This document shows positions 1-8,516 of a stretch of 64,000 bases of DNA, piece by piece; within the stretch, counting starts at the first letter, position 1, and each line of letters opens with the position of its first letter. The stretch is from Candidatus Uhrbacteria bacterium. GTDB taxonomy: Bacteria > Patescibacteriota > Patescibacteriia > GWA2-47-26. Under the pieces are notes generated by a model. That model was not told the origin of the DNA and ran no database searches. It was given only the letters and a program-made list of their open reading frames with translations. The position numbers and the translations under genes are program-made. Location: assembly GCA_016187515.1 (NCBI GenBank), contig JACPJN010000007.1:68046-132045 (forward strand). Reading direction: 5' to 3'.

Positions 1-508
1 TGGTCACAATCAGGCCATCCTTACTCACAACAAATCCGCTCCCGCCGCCGACTTGTTGTTTTTTGGGCGGGCCTGGTGGTTGCTGCGGTGCCGGCTCCTG
101 CGGGATTTCAATCTCAAATCCAAATTGGCGAAACAGATCTTCGGGAAATGGTGAGGTCACACTGCGCTGCGCTACTTCTTTACTAATTACAATAGATACC
201 ACGGCGGGCGAGACCCGCCTGACCACCTCAACTGTAGAATCACTCTCTTGTCCCCCTCCCCTAACCCCTCCCACCAAGGGAGGGGAATTCCCTTTTGCTT
301 CCTCCCCCTTGATGGGGGAGGATTGAGGAGGGGGTGCGGCACGCGGCACGATCCATTGTAACGATGGCGGAAGTGACGCCAGCAACCTCTGCCCGATATT
401 ACCCGCGGCAACCTGGGAGGCCACAATACCGCCGGTTACTCCGGCAACGCTCCCCACCAAAAAACTGATGGTAATCGAGGCCAGAATTGTTTTGCGAAAA
501 TCATTCAT
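1..508 (-). CDS. HtrA/DegP-family trypsin-like serine protease, N-terminal part (gene continues beyond window start)
   Basis: Manual translation from ATG 508-506 gives MNDFRKTILASITISFLVGSVAGV (TM anchor), then VVRRVSPAVVSIVISKE and GGGSGFVVSKDGLIVT, a typical HtrA core. Absent from the ORF track because there is no in-window stop. Carries the in-frame family-1 repeat at 250-336. Confidence 0.6.
   Translation of the reverse strand, partial: MNDFRKTILASITISFLVGSVAGVTGGIVASQVAAGNIGQRLLASLPPSLQWIVPRAAPPPQSSPIKGEEAKGNSPPLVGGVRGGGQESDSTVEVVRRVSPAVVSIVISKEVAQRSVTSPFPEDLFRQFGFEIEIPQEPAPQQPPGPPKKQQVGGGSGFVVSKDGLIVT
250..336. repeat. Family-1 G/C-rich double-hairpin element (CCCCTCCC/GGGAGGGG stems, loops ACCA and TTGAT), in frame inside htrA
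   Basis: cccctccc..aagggagggg and cctccccc ttgat gggggagg hairpins. Same architecture as 2210-2298. Confidence 0.8.
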
Positions 509-582
509 ACTGCAACCTGATTTTACCATGCGCTGGCACGGGATTTCAATGGCGGAGCGCAAAGGACTGTCCTTGTCCAAAT

Positions 583-620
583 CAATCCCCCTCTCTTAAG
601 ATAAGAGAGGGTGGGGTGAG
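583..620. repeat. Family-1 single hairpin (ccctctcttaag/ataagagaggg), intergenic
   Basis: Perfect stem visible in the sequence. Confidence 0.6.
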
Positions 621-690
621 TTATGAACTCTCGTGATATGTGATACGTATTACGTATATCGTGATTTTATTCTATCAAACCCGCTTGCTA

Positions 691-726
691 TTGACAAAGG
701 TATTTTTCTATGCTATCATTATACGT
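691..726 (+). promoter_or_regulatory. Sigma70-like promoter (TTGACA-17-TATCAT)
   Basis: ttgaca aaggtatttttctatgc tatcat upstream of the ORF at 782. Confidence 0.4.
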
Positions 727-781
727 CATACTCGCCCTCTCCAGAAGGCGGGGATATGACTCACCTTCACGGAGGACAACC

Positions 782-1252
782 ATGGACACAGGACAGCAAG
801 ACGACAAGGCATACGGAGCGCGGCTGTTGCGCGCGATGTTGCGCACCATGACGCACGCAACGCACCCCTTCACTCGCGACCAAGCGCGGGTGATCATCCG
901 AGAAAACCGGAGACGGGAGCAGGGTGTCCTGTTCCTGGGCTACATCACCGCCGACAAAAAGTCCTCGCGGTGCGAAAGCTGCTCAAAGCCCTTGCCAGCG
1001 GGTGAGATTGCCCTGCTCCTTCTCGAGCAGACGGACGGACATCCGGGCGGAAGAGGACCGAACCACGGAGCGCACATGTACTGCCACATGCTGTGCCTCA
1101 TGGACGGCTTCACGACCCAAAACGACTCCATCCTCAAGATGGCACCGACGATCAAAAAGATTCTCGCCAGGGGGAAGGAAGAAGCGCGTCGGAGTCGCGC
1201 CGCAAGCAAGTCCGCGCCCAAGACCGACCCCGAGAAGCGCAAGCAGCGCTAG
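782..1252 (+). CDS. Hypothetical Cys/His-containing small protein (CxxC plus HMYCHMLC), basic C-tail; high GC
   Basis: ATG at 782 with GGAGGA 6 nt upstream. The track ORF 710..1252 starts inside the promoter -10, so the start was trimmed. GC near 62% versus about 50% in neighbours. Confidence 0.4.
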   Translation: MDTGQQDDKAYGARLLRAMLRTMTHATHPFTRDQARVIIRENRRREQGVLFLGYITADKKSSRCESCSKPLPAGEIALLLLEQTDGHPGGRGPNHGAHMYCHMLCLMDGFTTQNDSILKMAPTIKKILARGKEEARRSRAASKSAPKTDPEKRKQR

Positions 1253-1339
1253 CTGCACCGTCTCGCACCCGCGTCCGTGACGCACATCTCGCCTTCCGCT
1301 CCAGCGAGATCTGTGCCACGGCGCTTTTTTTATTTATTG

Positions 1340-1463
1340 CCCCTCACCTCGACCTCTCCCCCTCCAGAGGCGGGCAGGCGCGGGGAGAGGTGATGCTAAT
1401 TGATACCTTATTCAACTCCCCTCTCCCTCTGGGAGAGGGTGGCTGGAGGCCGGGTGAGGGTTT
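1340..1463. repeat. Family-1 composite element (outer stem cccctcacc/ggtgaggg enclosing inner hairpins), forms the 3' tail of the DUF559 ORF
   Basis: cctctcccc...ggggagagg and cccctctccc tct gggagaggg. Followed by a TTTTT run. Confidence 0.7.
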
Positions 1464-1790
1464 TTGGAGCATACTTAAAATAGTTTCTATCACCGCTTTA
1501 GTTTCCCTCACCGCAGCATCTGCTCCAAATCGTATCACTCGATATCCTTGACCTTCTAAATATCGCGTGCATGCCGCATCTTTTTCTATTTGCGTCCCGT
1601 GTTGGCTTCCATCAATCTCGATGATCAAAAATTTCTCCTCACAACAAAAGTCGGCAATATATTGCCCTACCGGATGTTGCCGCGGAAATTTATATCCGCC
1701 AAGTCGTCGGTCTCGCAAAAAACTCCACAATTTCCTTTCGCCGTCTGTTTGCCTGTGACGCAGTGTGCGGGCAAGTTTAACATTTGACAT
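1344..1790 (-). CDS. DUF559 (Vsr-like endonuclease fold) domain protein; C-terminal about 40 aa encoded by a repeat element
   Basis: The track ORF 1344..1844 contains RKLWSFLRDRRLGGYKFPRQHPVGQYIADFCCEEKFLIIEIDGSQH and RVIRFGADAA, which are DUF559 motifs. Start moved to ATG 1790 (MSNVKLARTL); GAGGGG from the upstream hairpin serves as the SD. Confidence 0.55.
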   Translation of the reverse strand: MSNVKLARTLRHRQTDGERKLWSFLRDRRLGGYKFPRQHPVGQYIADFCCEEKFLIIEIDGSQHGTQIEKDAACTRYLEGQGYRVIRFGADAAVRETKAVIETILSMLQKPSPGLQPPSPRGRGELNKVSISITSPRACPPLEGERSR

Positions 1791-1793
1791 ATT

Positions 1794-1833
1794 GCCCCTC
1801 ACCCCGTCCTCTCCCGCGGGGAGAGGGGTATTG
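1794..1833. repeat. Family-1 single hairpin (cctctccc gc ggggagagg) immediately upstream of the DUF559 start
   Basis: Seen directly in the sequence. Confidence 0.6.
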
Positions 1834-1840
1834 TTAAAAA

Positions 1841-2488
1841 TCAAAAATCCACCCCCTTCTGCGCCAGCACTCCTTTGTCATACGGGTGTTTTACTTTTTC
1901 CATTTTGGTTACCAGATCAGCCATTTCCGCAAGCTCGGGATATTCATTGTGTCCGGTCATCAGTAGATGCACCTCCGGCGGCTTGGCGCGGATTAAATCT
2001 TTTATATCATCCACGCTCAAAAGCATACTATCCACGGCCGACAATATCTCATCCAAAATCACCACTTGGAATTTGTTATTTGTAATTTGTGATTTCGCGA
2101 AGGCCAGGCCTTCGCGCGCGGCTTGCTCGTGATCCTCGATCGGCTTGGCATCCCCAAGGATGCGTACCCACCCTTTGCCGACGATGTGGTATTCCAAGTG
2201 TGCACCATCTTCCCCTCCCCTAACCCCTCCCACAAGGGGAGGGGGATTTTTAATTACTCCCTCTCCCTTGATGGGAGAGGGTTGGGGTGAGGGTGAGGAC
2301 TGCTCCAACCATCTAAACATCCTCCCCTCTCCGGTCTCCCACCCCGCCTCGGCCCCGCCTTTCATAAATTGCATAAACAACACGCGCTTCCCCTGTCCCA
2401 GCGCGCGCAAAGCCAGCCCAATCGCGGCTGTGCTTTTCCCTTTGCCATAACCCCAATAAATCATGACCAAACCTTGTTCCATATTCAC
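1841..2488 (-). CDS. cobA: Cob(I)yrinic acid a,c-diamide / corrinoid adenosyltransferase (CobA/BtuR/CobO family) with an in-frame repeat-encoded insertion of about 30 aa
   Basis: Contains GYGKGKSTAAIGLALRALGQGKRVLFMQFMKGG ... HLLMTGHNEYPELAEMADLVTKMEKVKHPYDKGVLAQKGVDF. The insertion SSPSPQPSPIKGEGVIKNPPPLVGGVRGGEDGAH is encoded by the repeat at 2210-2298. Confidence 0.75.
   Translation of the reverse strand: MNMEQGLVMIYWGYGKGKSTAAIGLALRALGQGKRVLFMQFMKGGAEAGWETGEGRMFRWLEQSSPSPQPSPIKGEGVIKNPPPLVGGVRGGEDGAHLEYHIVGKGWVRILGDAKPIEDHEQAAREGLAFAKSQITNNKFQVVILDEILSAVDSMLLSVDDIKDLIRAKPPEVHLLMTGHNEYPELAEMADLVTKMEKVKHPYDKGVLAQKGVDF
2210..2298. repeat. Family-1 double-hairpin element, in frame inside cobA
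   Basis: cccctccc acaa ggggagggg and ccctctccc ttgat gggagaggg. Encodes a peptide nearly identical to the htrA copy (SPIKGE..PPLVGGVRGG). Confidence 0.85.
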
Positions 2489-2530
2489 TCATTCTATCAA
2501 ATTCAAAGCGGGGGATAAACCCCCGCAATT

Positions 2531-2625
2531 TGTGTGCTATTCGTTATCAATTATTCGTGAGTCATTCGTTTTATATCCGTGATCCGTGGCCATCCGTGTG
2601 TTGTGGCATCAGCCACAACGAGAAA
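2531..2625. repeat. Word-repeat element with ATTCGT(G)/ATCCGTG words (family 5/6-like), intergenic between cobA and nrdJ
   Basis: ctattcgttatcaattattcgtgagtcattcgtt ... atccgtgatccgtggccatccgtg. Confidence 0.5.
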
Positions 2626-5077
2626 ATCCGCAAGCATTGCATTTGGCGCACCCCTCTTGAAAAGCGAGTAACCCGCCGCAATCCGGACAAGCTGGCGCAA
2701 ATCCTAGATCCATGACATCCCCGGTCCCTTTCTCCAGGACCAAGCGCACCGGTTCTTTAAGTCCGCGATCGCCCTCGGGAACCCACTGTAAATCCAATTT
2801 GCTCTGCCGGAACTTCATGTGTTTTTCCAAGATCTGTCCAATCGCGTCCGGCAGAGAAAGGATCATTTCGCCTTTATACCAAACCGGTTGCGGATCGCGA
2901 ATCCCTTTGAGCTGACGAATAACCGATTCAATGTGCACGCCGGAGCGCAAGGAGAGCGAGATCATCCGACAGATGGCTTCCAGATTGGCCGCGAAGAATC
3001 CTCCGGCCTTGCCCATTTGGGAAAACACCTCAAAAGGACCATGCTCATCCTCGTTAATGGTGATATAAAGATTGCCGTAAGCGGACTTGAGTTTATAAGT
3101 CGTACCGCGCAAAACTTCCGGGCGCGGGCGCGGCTCTAAAACATGAATCGTCTGGGCGGTCGCGGTAGCAGTCGCGGAATCAACTTTGCCTTTTCCATCC
3201 TCGGTTTTTCGGCTATTTAAATTCAGTACTTGCTCCTCGCGTGATCCGTCGCGGTAGACCGTCCCGCCTTTGCAGCCCAGCTCCCAGGCCAGCATATAAC
3301 CCTGGCGCACGTCATCGCGGGTCGCGCGGTTGGGAAAATTAATGGTTTTCGAAATGGAATTATCGGTGTGCTGCTGGAAAGCGGCTTGCATGCGGATATG
3401 GTCTTCCGCGGAAATATCCATCGCCGTAACATAAGTCCGCCGCAGATCTTCGGGCAGATCCGTACGGTGCGCAATCGTGCCTTTTTCCATAACATCCTGC
3501 ATCAGCTCCTCGCTCCACAAATTCCGCTCTTTGAGTTTGCGTTCAAAATAGGGATTGGCGTAAAGCAAACTATCGCCGCCCATGATGTTCTCTTTTTTGT
3601 AAGCCAGCGCGAAAAACGGCTCCACTCCGGAAGAACAATCAAAAAACATCGAGATTGAACCGGTGGGCGCCACCGTGGTGAGTGCGGCGTTGCGCTGGAG
3701 CCGATTCTGCCCGGTCGGCCCAAAAATACTCCCTTCCCAATTCGGGAATACTCCTTTTTTCTTGGCAAGTTCTTCGGAATAGTCATGGGCCGTATCGTTT
3801 ACTATTTTCATGACCCGCCCCGCCATAGCCAATCCTTCCGGAGAATTGTAGCCAAGGTCGAGCTGGTACAGCATGTCGGCAAAGCCCATAATTCCCAGTC
3901 CGACTCGGCGATTGTTTCTAAAAGTACGATTAACTTTTTCAACCGGGAAGTCCGACACATCTACGACATTGTCGAGCATGCGCACCGCCATTTTAGTGGC
4001 ATGGCGCAATCCTTCCTCGTCAATGGCCCCGCCTTTTACAAACTTCGCTAAGTTCACTGAACCAAGATTGCACACATCCCCGTCATGCAGCCACTGCTCG
4101 CCGCACGGGTTAGTCGCTTCCAGCCGCCCCAAGGCCGGAACCGGATTAGTCCGATTGGCCGCGTCCGGAAACAGCACGCCCGGCTCGCCGTTTAGCCAAG
4201 CCGACTCAACTATTTTATCCATGAGTTCCCGCGCCGTCAGAGTAACGTCTTCATGCGCAACATACGCGCCGCGGTTGTTGCGCTTAATTAACCGCGGTTT
4301 CATCTTTTGGCCTTTCCACTCGCAAAGCCAGGGCTCTTTGGAATTTGTTTTAACTTGCCGCATAAACTCATCCGTCATTCCCACCGACACATTGAAATTC
4401 ACGATCGTGCCTTCTTTGCGTTTGCAATCAATGAATTCCAAAATATCCGGATGGTCAACCCGCATGACTCCCATGTTCGCCCCATGCCGGCCTTGCTGTT
4501 TGATTACTCCAAACGCGGTGTTATAAGCGTGCAAAAATGAAATCGGTCCGGACGCTTGTCCGCGGCTGGCAACCGTAAGATTCCCCGCCGGACGCAAAAG
4601 ATGCCAGGCAAAGCCAAGGCCCGAACCGGCTTGCTGAAGAAGCGAGGCGTCGCGAAGCGTGCTAAAAATTCCGTCCATGCTGTCTCCAAAATGCAAAACA
4701 ATGCAGTTGGCCACTACTCGGGTCGGTCCTCCCGCATTGGTAATGGTTCTTCCGGCCGGAGTAAACTCAAATCGCGACAGGACCCCATAAAACTCCTTTT
4801 CCCACCCGCGCGTTTCTGCTTCTGTCGCGCCATACTGATATTCAACTTCCGCCAAAGCGCGGGCCAGGCGCAAAAACATTCCTTTCGGCGTTTCCACCAC
4901 CTCGCCCTTTTCATTACGCACCAAATAACGTTTTTCAATCACCCGAATCGCGTTATCGGTAAAACCGAGCTCGCGGCCGTCTTTCCAAATCTGCTCTTTG
5001 GTTACGGATTGCGCTTTGGCAAGATCGCTTTTTGTGGCGTAGGTATAGGAGGTTGAAGAGGCAACCGGCGACATATT
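2609..5077 (-). CDS. nrdJ: Adenosylcobalamin-dependent (class II) ribonucleotide reductase
   Basis: 836-aa ORF with B12-dependent RNR features across its length. Start set at ATG 5077 (MSPVASS); the track start is a GTG further upstream. Confidence 0.85.
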   Translation of the reverse strand, partial: NMSPVASSTSYTYATKSDLAKAQSVTKEQIWKDGRELGFTDNAIRVIEKRYLVRNEKGEVVETPKGMFLRLARALAEVEYQYGATEAETRGWEKEFYGVLSRFEFTPAGRTITNAGGPTRVVANCIVLHFGDSMDGIFSTLRDASLLQQAGSGLGFAWHLLRPAGNLTVASRGQASGPISFLHAYNTAFGVIKQQGRHGANMGVMRVDHPDILEFIDCKRKEGTIVNFNVSVGMTDEFMRQVKTNSKEPWLCEWKGQKMKPRLIKRNNRGAYVAHEDVTLTARELMDKIVESAWLNGEPGVLFPDAANRTNPVPALGRLEATNPCGEQWLHDGDVCNLGSVNLAKFVKGGAIDEEGLRHATKMAVRMLDNVVDVSDFPVEKVNRTFRNNRRVGLGIMGFADMLYQLDLGYNSPEGLAMAGRVMKIVNDTAHDYSEELAKKKGVFPNWEGSIFGPTGQNRLQRNAALTTVAPTGSISMFFDCSSGVEPFFALAYKKENIMGGDSLLYANPYFERKLKERNLWSEELMQDVMEKGTIAHRTDLPEDLRRTYVTAMDISAEDHIRMQAAFQQHTDNSISKTINFPNRATRDDVRQGYMLAWELGCKGGTVYRDGSREEQVLNLNSRKTEDGKGKVDSATATATAQTIHVLEPRPRPEVLRGTTYKLKSAYGNLYITINEDEHGPFEVFSQMGKAGGFFAANLEAICRMISLSLRSGVHIESVIRQLKGIRDPQPVWYKGEMILSLPDAIGQILEKHMKFRQSKLDLQWVPEGDRGLKEPVRLVLEKGTGDVMDLGFAPACPDCGGLLAFQEGCAKCNACGFSRCG

Positions 5078-5355
5078 TACTATAAAATTATGAGAGTTTT
5101 TAAAGAGAAAAAAATACACCTCCTTTGCGCTTCAAAATTGGGCGTGAAAAGTGGAGGTTTATCCCTACTCCTTATCCATTGTACGCTATCCCCTCCATGG
5201 GCTGTCAAATTTGCAAAAATACCCGCACTTTACTGCTGTTTTTCTGCCTGGCCGTCGCGACAATTTATTTTCTGTGGATAACCGTCTGAAATGTCTCGGT
5301 GGATAAAATCAAAACCGCCCCTTATGGGTCGGTTTTGATTTCGTGCTGCTTCGTT

Positions 5356-6540
5356 TTACGAACCAAGTTTGCGCCGGATAAACGCGGGGATTTCGAGATC
5401 TTCTTCGCTTTGCCCGGCGGCCGAGGCCGCGGCGGTCTTTTTGGGCTCTTCGCGGCGTACGGGTCTGGCCTCAAAGGACTTGGCGGTCTTTTCTTCGAAT
5501 TTGCGCTCCACCCGGGGCGGAGCATAAGAGGCAATCGGCTGAACCGGCGCCAGGCGAGGAGCGGACATAAATGGAATGGGCTGCGGCGCTCCGGAAAATC
5601 CAGTCGCAATTACCGTAATCTTGACCTCGTCTTTAAGGCCTTCATCCAAAACGGCTCCGAAAATCACTTTGGCGTGCGGATCAGCGCTGCTGGTAATCAG
5701 TTTGGCCGCTTCATTGACCTCATGCATGCCGAGCGATGTCCCGCCGGCAATGGTAAAGAGGACGCCTTTGGCGCCGTCAATGGAAATTTCCAAAAGCGGC
5801 GAGGCGATCGCGGCTTTGGCCGCCTCGGTCGCGCGATTTTCTCCGGTGGCCCGTCCAATGCCCATGAGCGCCGAACCCGCTTGCGACATGATGGCTTTAA
5901 CATCCGCGAAATCAACATTGATGAGTCCCGGCACGGTGATGAGCTCGGAGATCCCCTGGACCCCTTGGCGCAGCACTTCATCAACTGTATCAAAGGCCTC
6001 CAACAGCGAGGTCTTTTTATCAATAATCTGCAGCACGCGGTCATTGGGAATGGTGATAATGGTGTCGACTCGCTCGATGAGTTCCGCGTGCGCGCGTTCG
6101 GCAATCTCGCCGCGCTGACTTCCTTCAAAAGAAAACGGTTTAGTAACTACCGCGACAGTCAGCGCTCCGGAGTCCCGCGCGATCTCCGCGATAATGGGAG
6201 CGGCTCCGGAACCGGTGCCGCCGCCCAGTCCGCAAGTAATAAAGACCATATCCGCTCCTTTGACCGCGTCGCGGATTTCATTTTGCGCTTCTTCGGCCGC
6301 GCGCCGCCCGGACTCCGGATCCATTCCGGCGCCCAATCCCTTGGTAACGGTTTTGCCCAGCTGCAGCTTGCCCGGAGCAAGACAGTAATGCAGCGCTTGC
6401 AAATCGGTGTTCATGGCCACAAATTCCACACCGCGAATTTTGCTGCGCACCATCCGATTGAGCGCGCTGCCTCCTGATCCCCCGACGCCGACAACTTTGA
6501 TTTTTGCAAACGTCTCGATCTCCGGCTTGACTTCTGGCAT
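5356..6540 (-). CDS. ftsZ: Cell division GTPase FtsZ
   Basis: VVGVGGSGGSALNRMV and GLGGGTGSGAAPIIAE tubulin signature. Confidence 0.95.
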   Translation of the reverse strand: MPEVKPEIETFAKIKVVGVGGSGGSALNRMVRSKIRGVEFVAMNTDLQALHYCLAPGKLQLGKTVTKGLGAGMDPESGRRAAEEAQNEIRDAVKGADMVFITCGLGGGTGSGAAPIIAEIARDSGALTVAVVTKPFSFEGSQRGEIAERAHAELIERVDTIITIPNDRVLQIIDKKTSLLEAFDTVDEVLRQGVQGISELITVPGLINVDFADVKAIMSQAGSALMGIGRATGENRATEAAKAAIASPLLEISIDGAKGVLFTIAGGTSLGMHEVNEAAKLITSSADPHAKVIFGAVLDEGLKDEVKITVIATGFSGAPQPIPFMSAPRLAPVQPIASYAPPRVERKFEEKTAKSFEARPVRREEPKKTAAASAAGQSEEDLEIPAFIRRKLGS

Positions 6541-6550
6541 ACGTTTTCTA

Positions 6551-6628
6551 AGTTATTGGGTTATTGGGTTATTGGGTTATTTTTGAGTCAATTCGTAATA
6601 ACTCAATAACTTAGTAACTTAATAACTC
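6551..6628. repeat. Family-3 palindromic word-repeat (GTTATTG / TAATAAC words) between ftsA and ftsZ
   Basis: agttattgggttattgggttattgggttat ... aataactcaataacttagtaacttaataact. Confidence 0.8.
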
Positions 6629-7886
6629 ACGGTATTAGTGATTTAAATAATTTTTTCAAACCCATACTCACTTTGCCCAGTCCGCGAATAGATACGAACT
6701 GCGACAGGCGTCCTTTTGGCGCGCGATCTTTGGACATCTCATAACCCCACACGGTTAGTCCGACCGCGGTGGCAAAGGAAGTGTCGCTGCCCCGATCCAA
6801 AAGCGAGGAAACGCCGCCGGGATAGCCAAGGGAAGCGGGTAAACGCAGTTTTTCTTTAGCCAGCTCAACCAAGCCATTAAGCCGCGCTCCTCCGCCGGTA
6901 AAAATGATTCCGGAAGGCAGCATCGCGGAACGCCCGATTTTTTTCAGTTCCCGATCAATCCGTTCAAAGATCTCTTCCACGCGCGCCTGAATAATCTCGG
7001 CAATGTAACGGCGGGAAACCAGCTCATTTTCTCCGCCAAGATCCCCCAGGTTGATTTCTTCCTTTTTATTAATTTCCTTGGGCAGCGCGGTCCCATGTTC
7101 TATTTTTACCCGTTCCGCCACGTCAATGGAAGTACGCAGACCAATCGCGATATCAGAAGTAATATGATCACTGCCGATGGGAATGATGCCGGTGGTTAAA
7201 AGATCTCCTTCTTCAAAGACCACGTAACTCGTGGTGGATGAACCCAGATCAACCACGGCCACGCCCAATTCTTTTTGGCGCGAGCTGGTAATGGTTTCGG
7301 TGGCCGCGAGAATGGACAAGACCAGATCCTCGATATCCAAGCCGGTACGATATACGCATTTGGTTAAATTTTTAATCTGCGAACTTAACCCTTGAATAAT
7401 CTGCGCGTCCACTTCCAGCCGAATCCCGGTCATCCCGACCGGATCCTTTACGCCGGATTGCCCATCAACCGTAAACGACTTCGGGATGACGTGTAGAATT
7501 TCGTAGTTTAAGGGAGTGGCCACCGTGCGAGCCGCCTCAATCGCGCGTTCCACATCTTCCTCGGTAATCTCGCCATTGGGTTTGCCGACCGCGACCACGC
7601 CGCGAGATTCTTCGGTCAAAATATGCAGTCCGGAAATCCCGACCCAGGCCCGCTCCAGCGGCGCTCCCAGCACGCGTTCGGCTTTTTCAAGGCAGGAGGA
7701 GACCGCCGCGGTGGCATCTTCAATGGAAGAAATCACGCCTTTGGAAATACCGGCGGAGGGAACTTCAAATGCGCCGACGACCTGCAGTTCGCTTTCTTTC
7801 TCGCTTACGGACACGCGCTGACCCACGGCCAGACGAATCGCCGAAGATCCCAAATCCAGCCCGACAATAAATGGTTCGTTGTTCAT
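6627..7886 (-). CDS. ftsA: Cell division protein FtsA
   Basis: MNNEPFIVGLDLGSSAIRLAVG, an actin-like ATPase. Start trimmed from the track ORF (8057) to ATG 7886. Confidence 0.9.
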   Translation of the reverse strand: MNNEPFIVGLDLGSSAIRLAVGQRVSVSEKESELQVVGAFEVPSAGISKGVISSIEDATAAVSSCLEKAERVLGAPLERAWVGISGLHILTEESRGVVAVGKPNGEITEEDVERAIEAARTVATPLNYEILHVIPKSFTVDGQSGVKDPVGMTGIRLEVDAQIIQGLSSQIKNLTKCVYRTGLDIEDLVLSILAATETITSSRQKELGVAVVDLGSSTTSYVVFEEGDLLTTGIIPIGSDHITSDIAIGLRTSIDVAERVKIEHGTALPKEINKKEEINLGDLGGENELVSRRYIAEIIQARVEEIFERIDRELKKIGRSAMLPSGIIFTGGGARLNGLVELAKEKLRLPASLGYPGGVSSLLDRGSDTSFATAVGLTVWGYEMSKDRAPKGRLSQFVSIRGLGKVSMGLKKLFKSLIP

Positions 7887-8092
7887 ATCGGTATGTTCGG
7901 TATGTATATAGACATGATAGTCCAAAAAATGACACCCCGCAAAGGTGTCAATGTGGATATATTGGACAAAAAATGTGTTCACTGTTGTGGTTGGCGGTAT
8001 AGCAGCTCGTATCGGTGTAGTGATACGGTTTCGCCAATTGACGTACGACCACACCATTTAACGATACGGGCGGCGACACCTACACCGCCATC

Positions 8093-8452
8093 CTACTCAA
8101 TGAAATACGGCACAAAGATAAGCAGTCCGACAATTAGGGCGCCGAGGGAGGCGATAAGCACCGCCCCGGCCATCAGATCTTTAATCTCCTCCACCATCGG
8201 GTGGATGCGCGGCTTAAAAACGTCGACAAATCGCTCCAGAATACTGTTGATGATCTCCAGAGTCAGCACCAGAATAATCAGCATCACCAGCGCGACCGTC
8301 TGCCAAGGCGGCACACGAAACCAGATGATTAAGGCAATCACGACCAGCGCAGAAAAAATTTGAACTCGAAAACTCTGCTCGCGCTGCCAAGCCACCGCAA
8401 TTCCGCGCGAAGCGTAGTGGAAACTCTTTATAAGACGACGGATGCTGAGCAT
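8093..8452 (-). CDS. dgkA: Diacylglycerol kinase (prokaryotic DgkA family)
   Basis: 119 aa with 3 TM helices; ERFVDVFKPRIHPMVEEIKDLMAGAVLIAS. Confidence 0.8.
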   Translation of the reverse strand: MLSIRRLIKSFHYASRGIAVAWQREQSFRVQIFSALVVIALIIWFRVPPWQTVALVMLIILVLTLEIINSILERFVDVFKPRIHPMVEEIKDLMAGAVLIASLGALIVGLLIFVPYFIE

Positions 8453-8516
8453 AATTGATAATTAATCTAATTGACCTAATTGTTCTAATTATTCTAAACA
8501 AATCCCAATAATCCAA

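Noticed and set aside
63-326. Short + strand ORFs (63-326, 2145-2450) with PPLTPPTKGG-type peptides
   Set aside because: Generated by the family-1 repeat on the strand opposite to the real htrA and cobA genes.
1278-1331. Terminator after the 782-1252 gene
   Set aside because: The stem (cacatctcgc/gcgagat-ct-gtg) has a bulge and sits 12 nt from the T-run. Too weak to call as a feature.
5299-6477. 392-aa + strand ORF
   Set aside because: Entirely antisense to ftsZ, whose identity is unambiguous, and shows Gly/Arg-rich junk translation.
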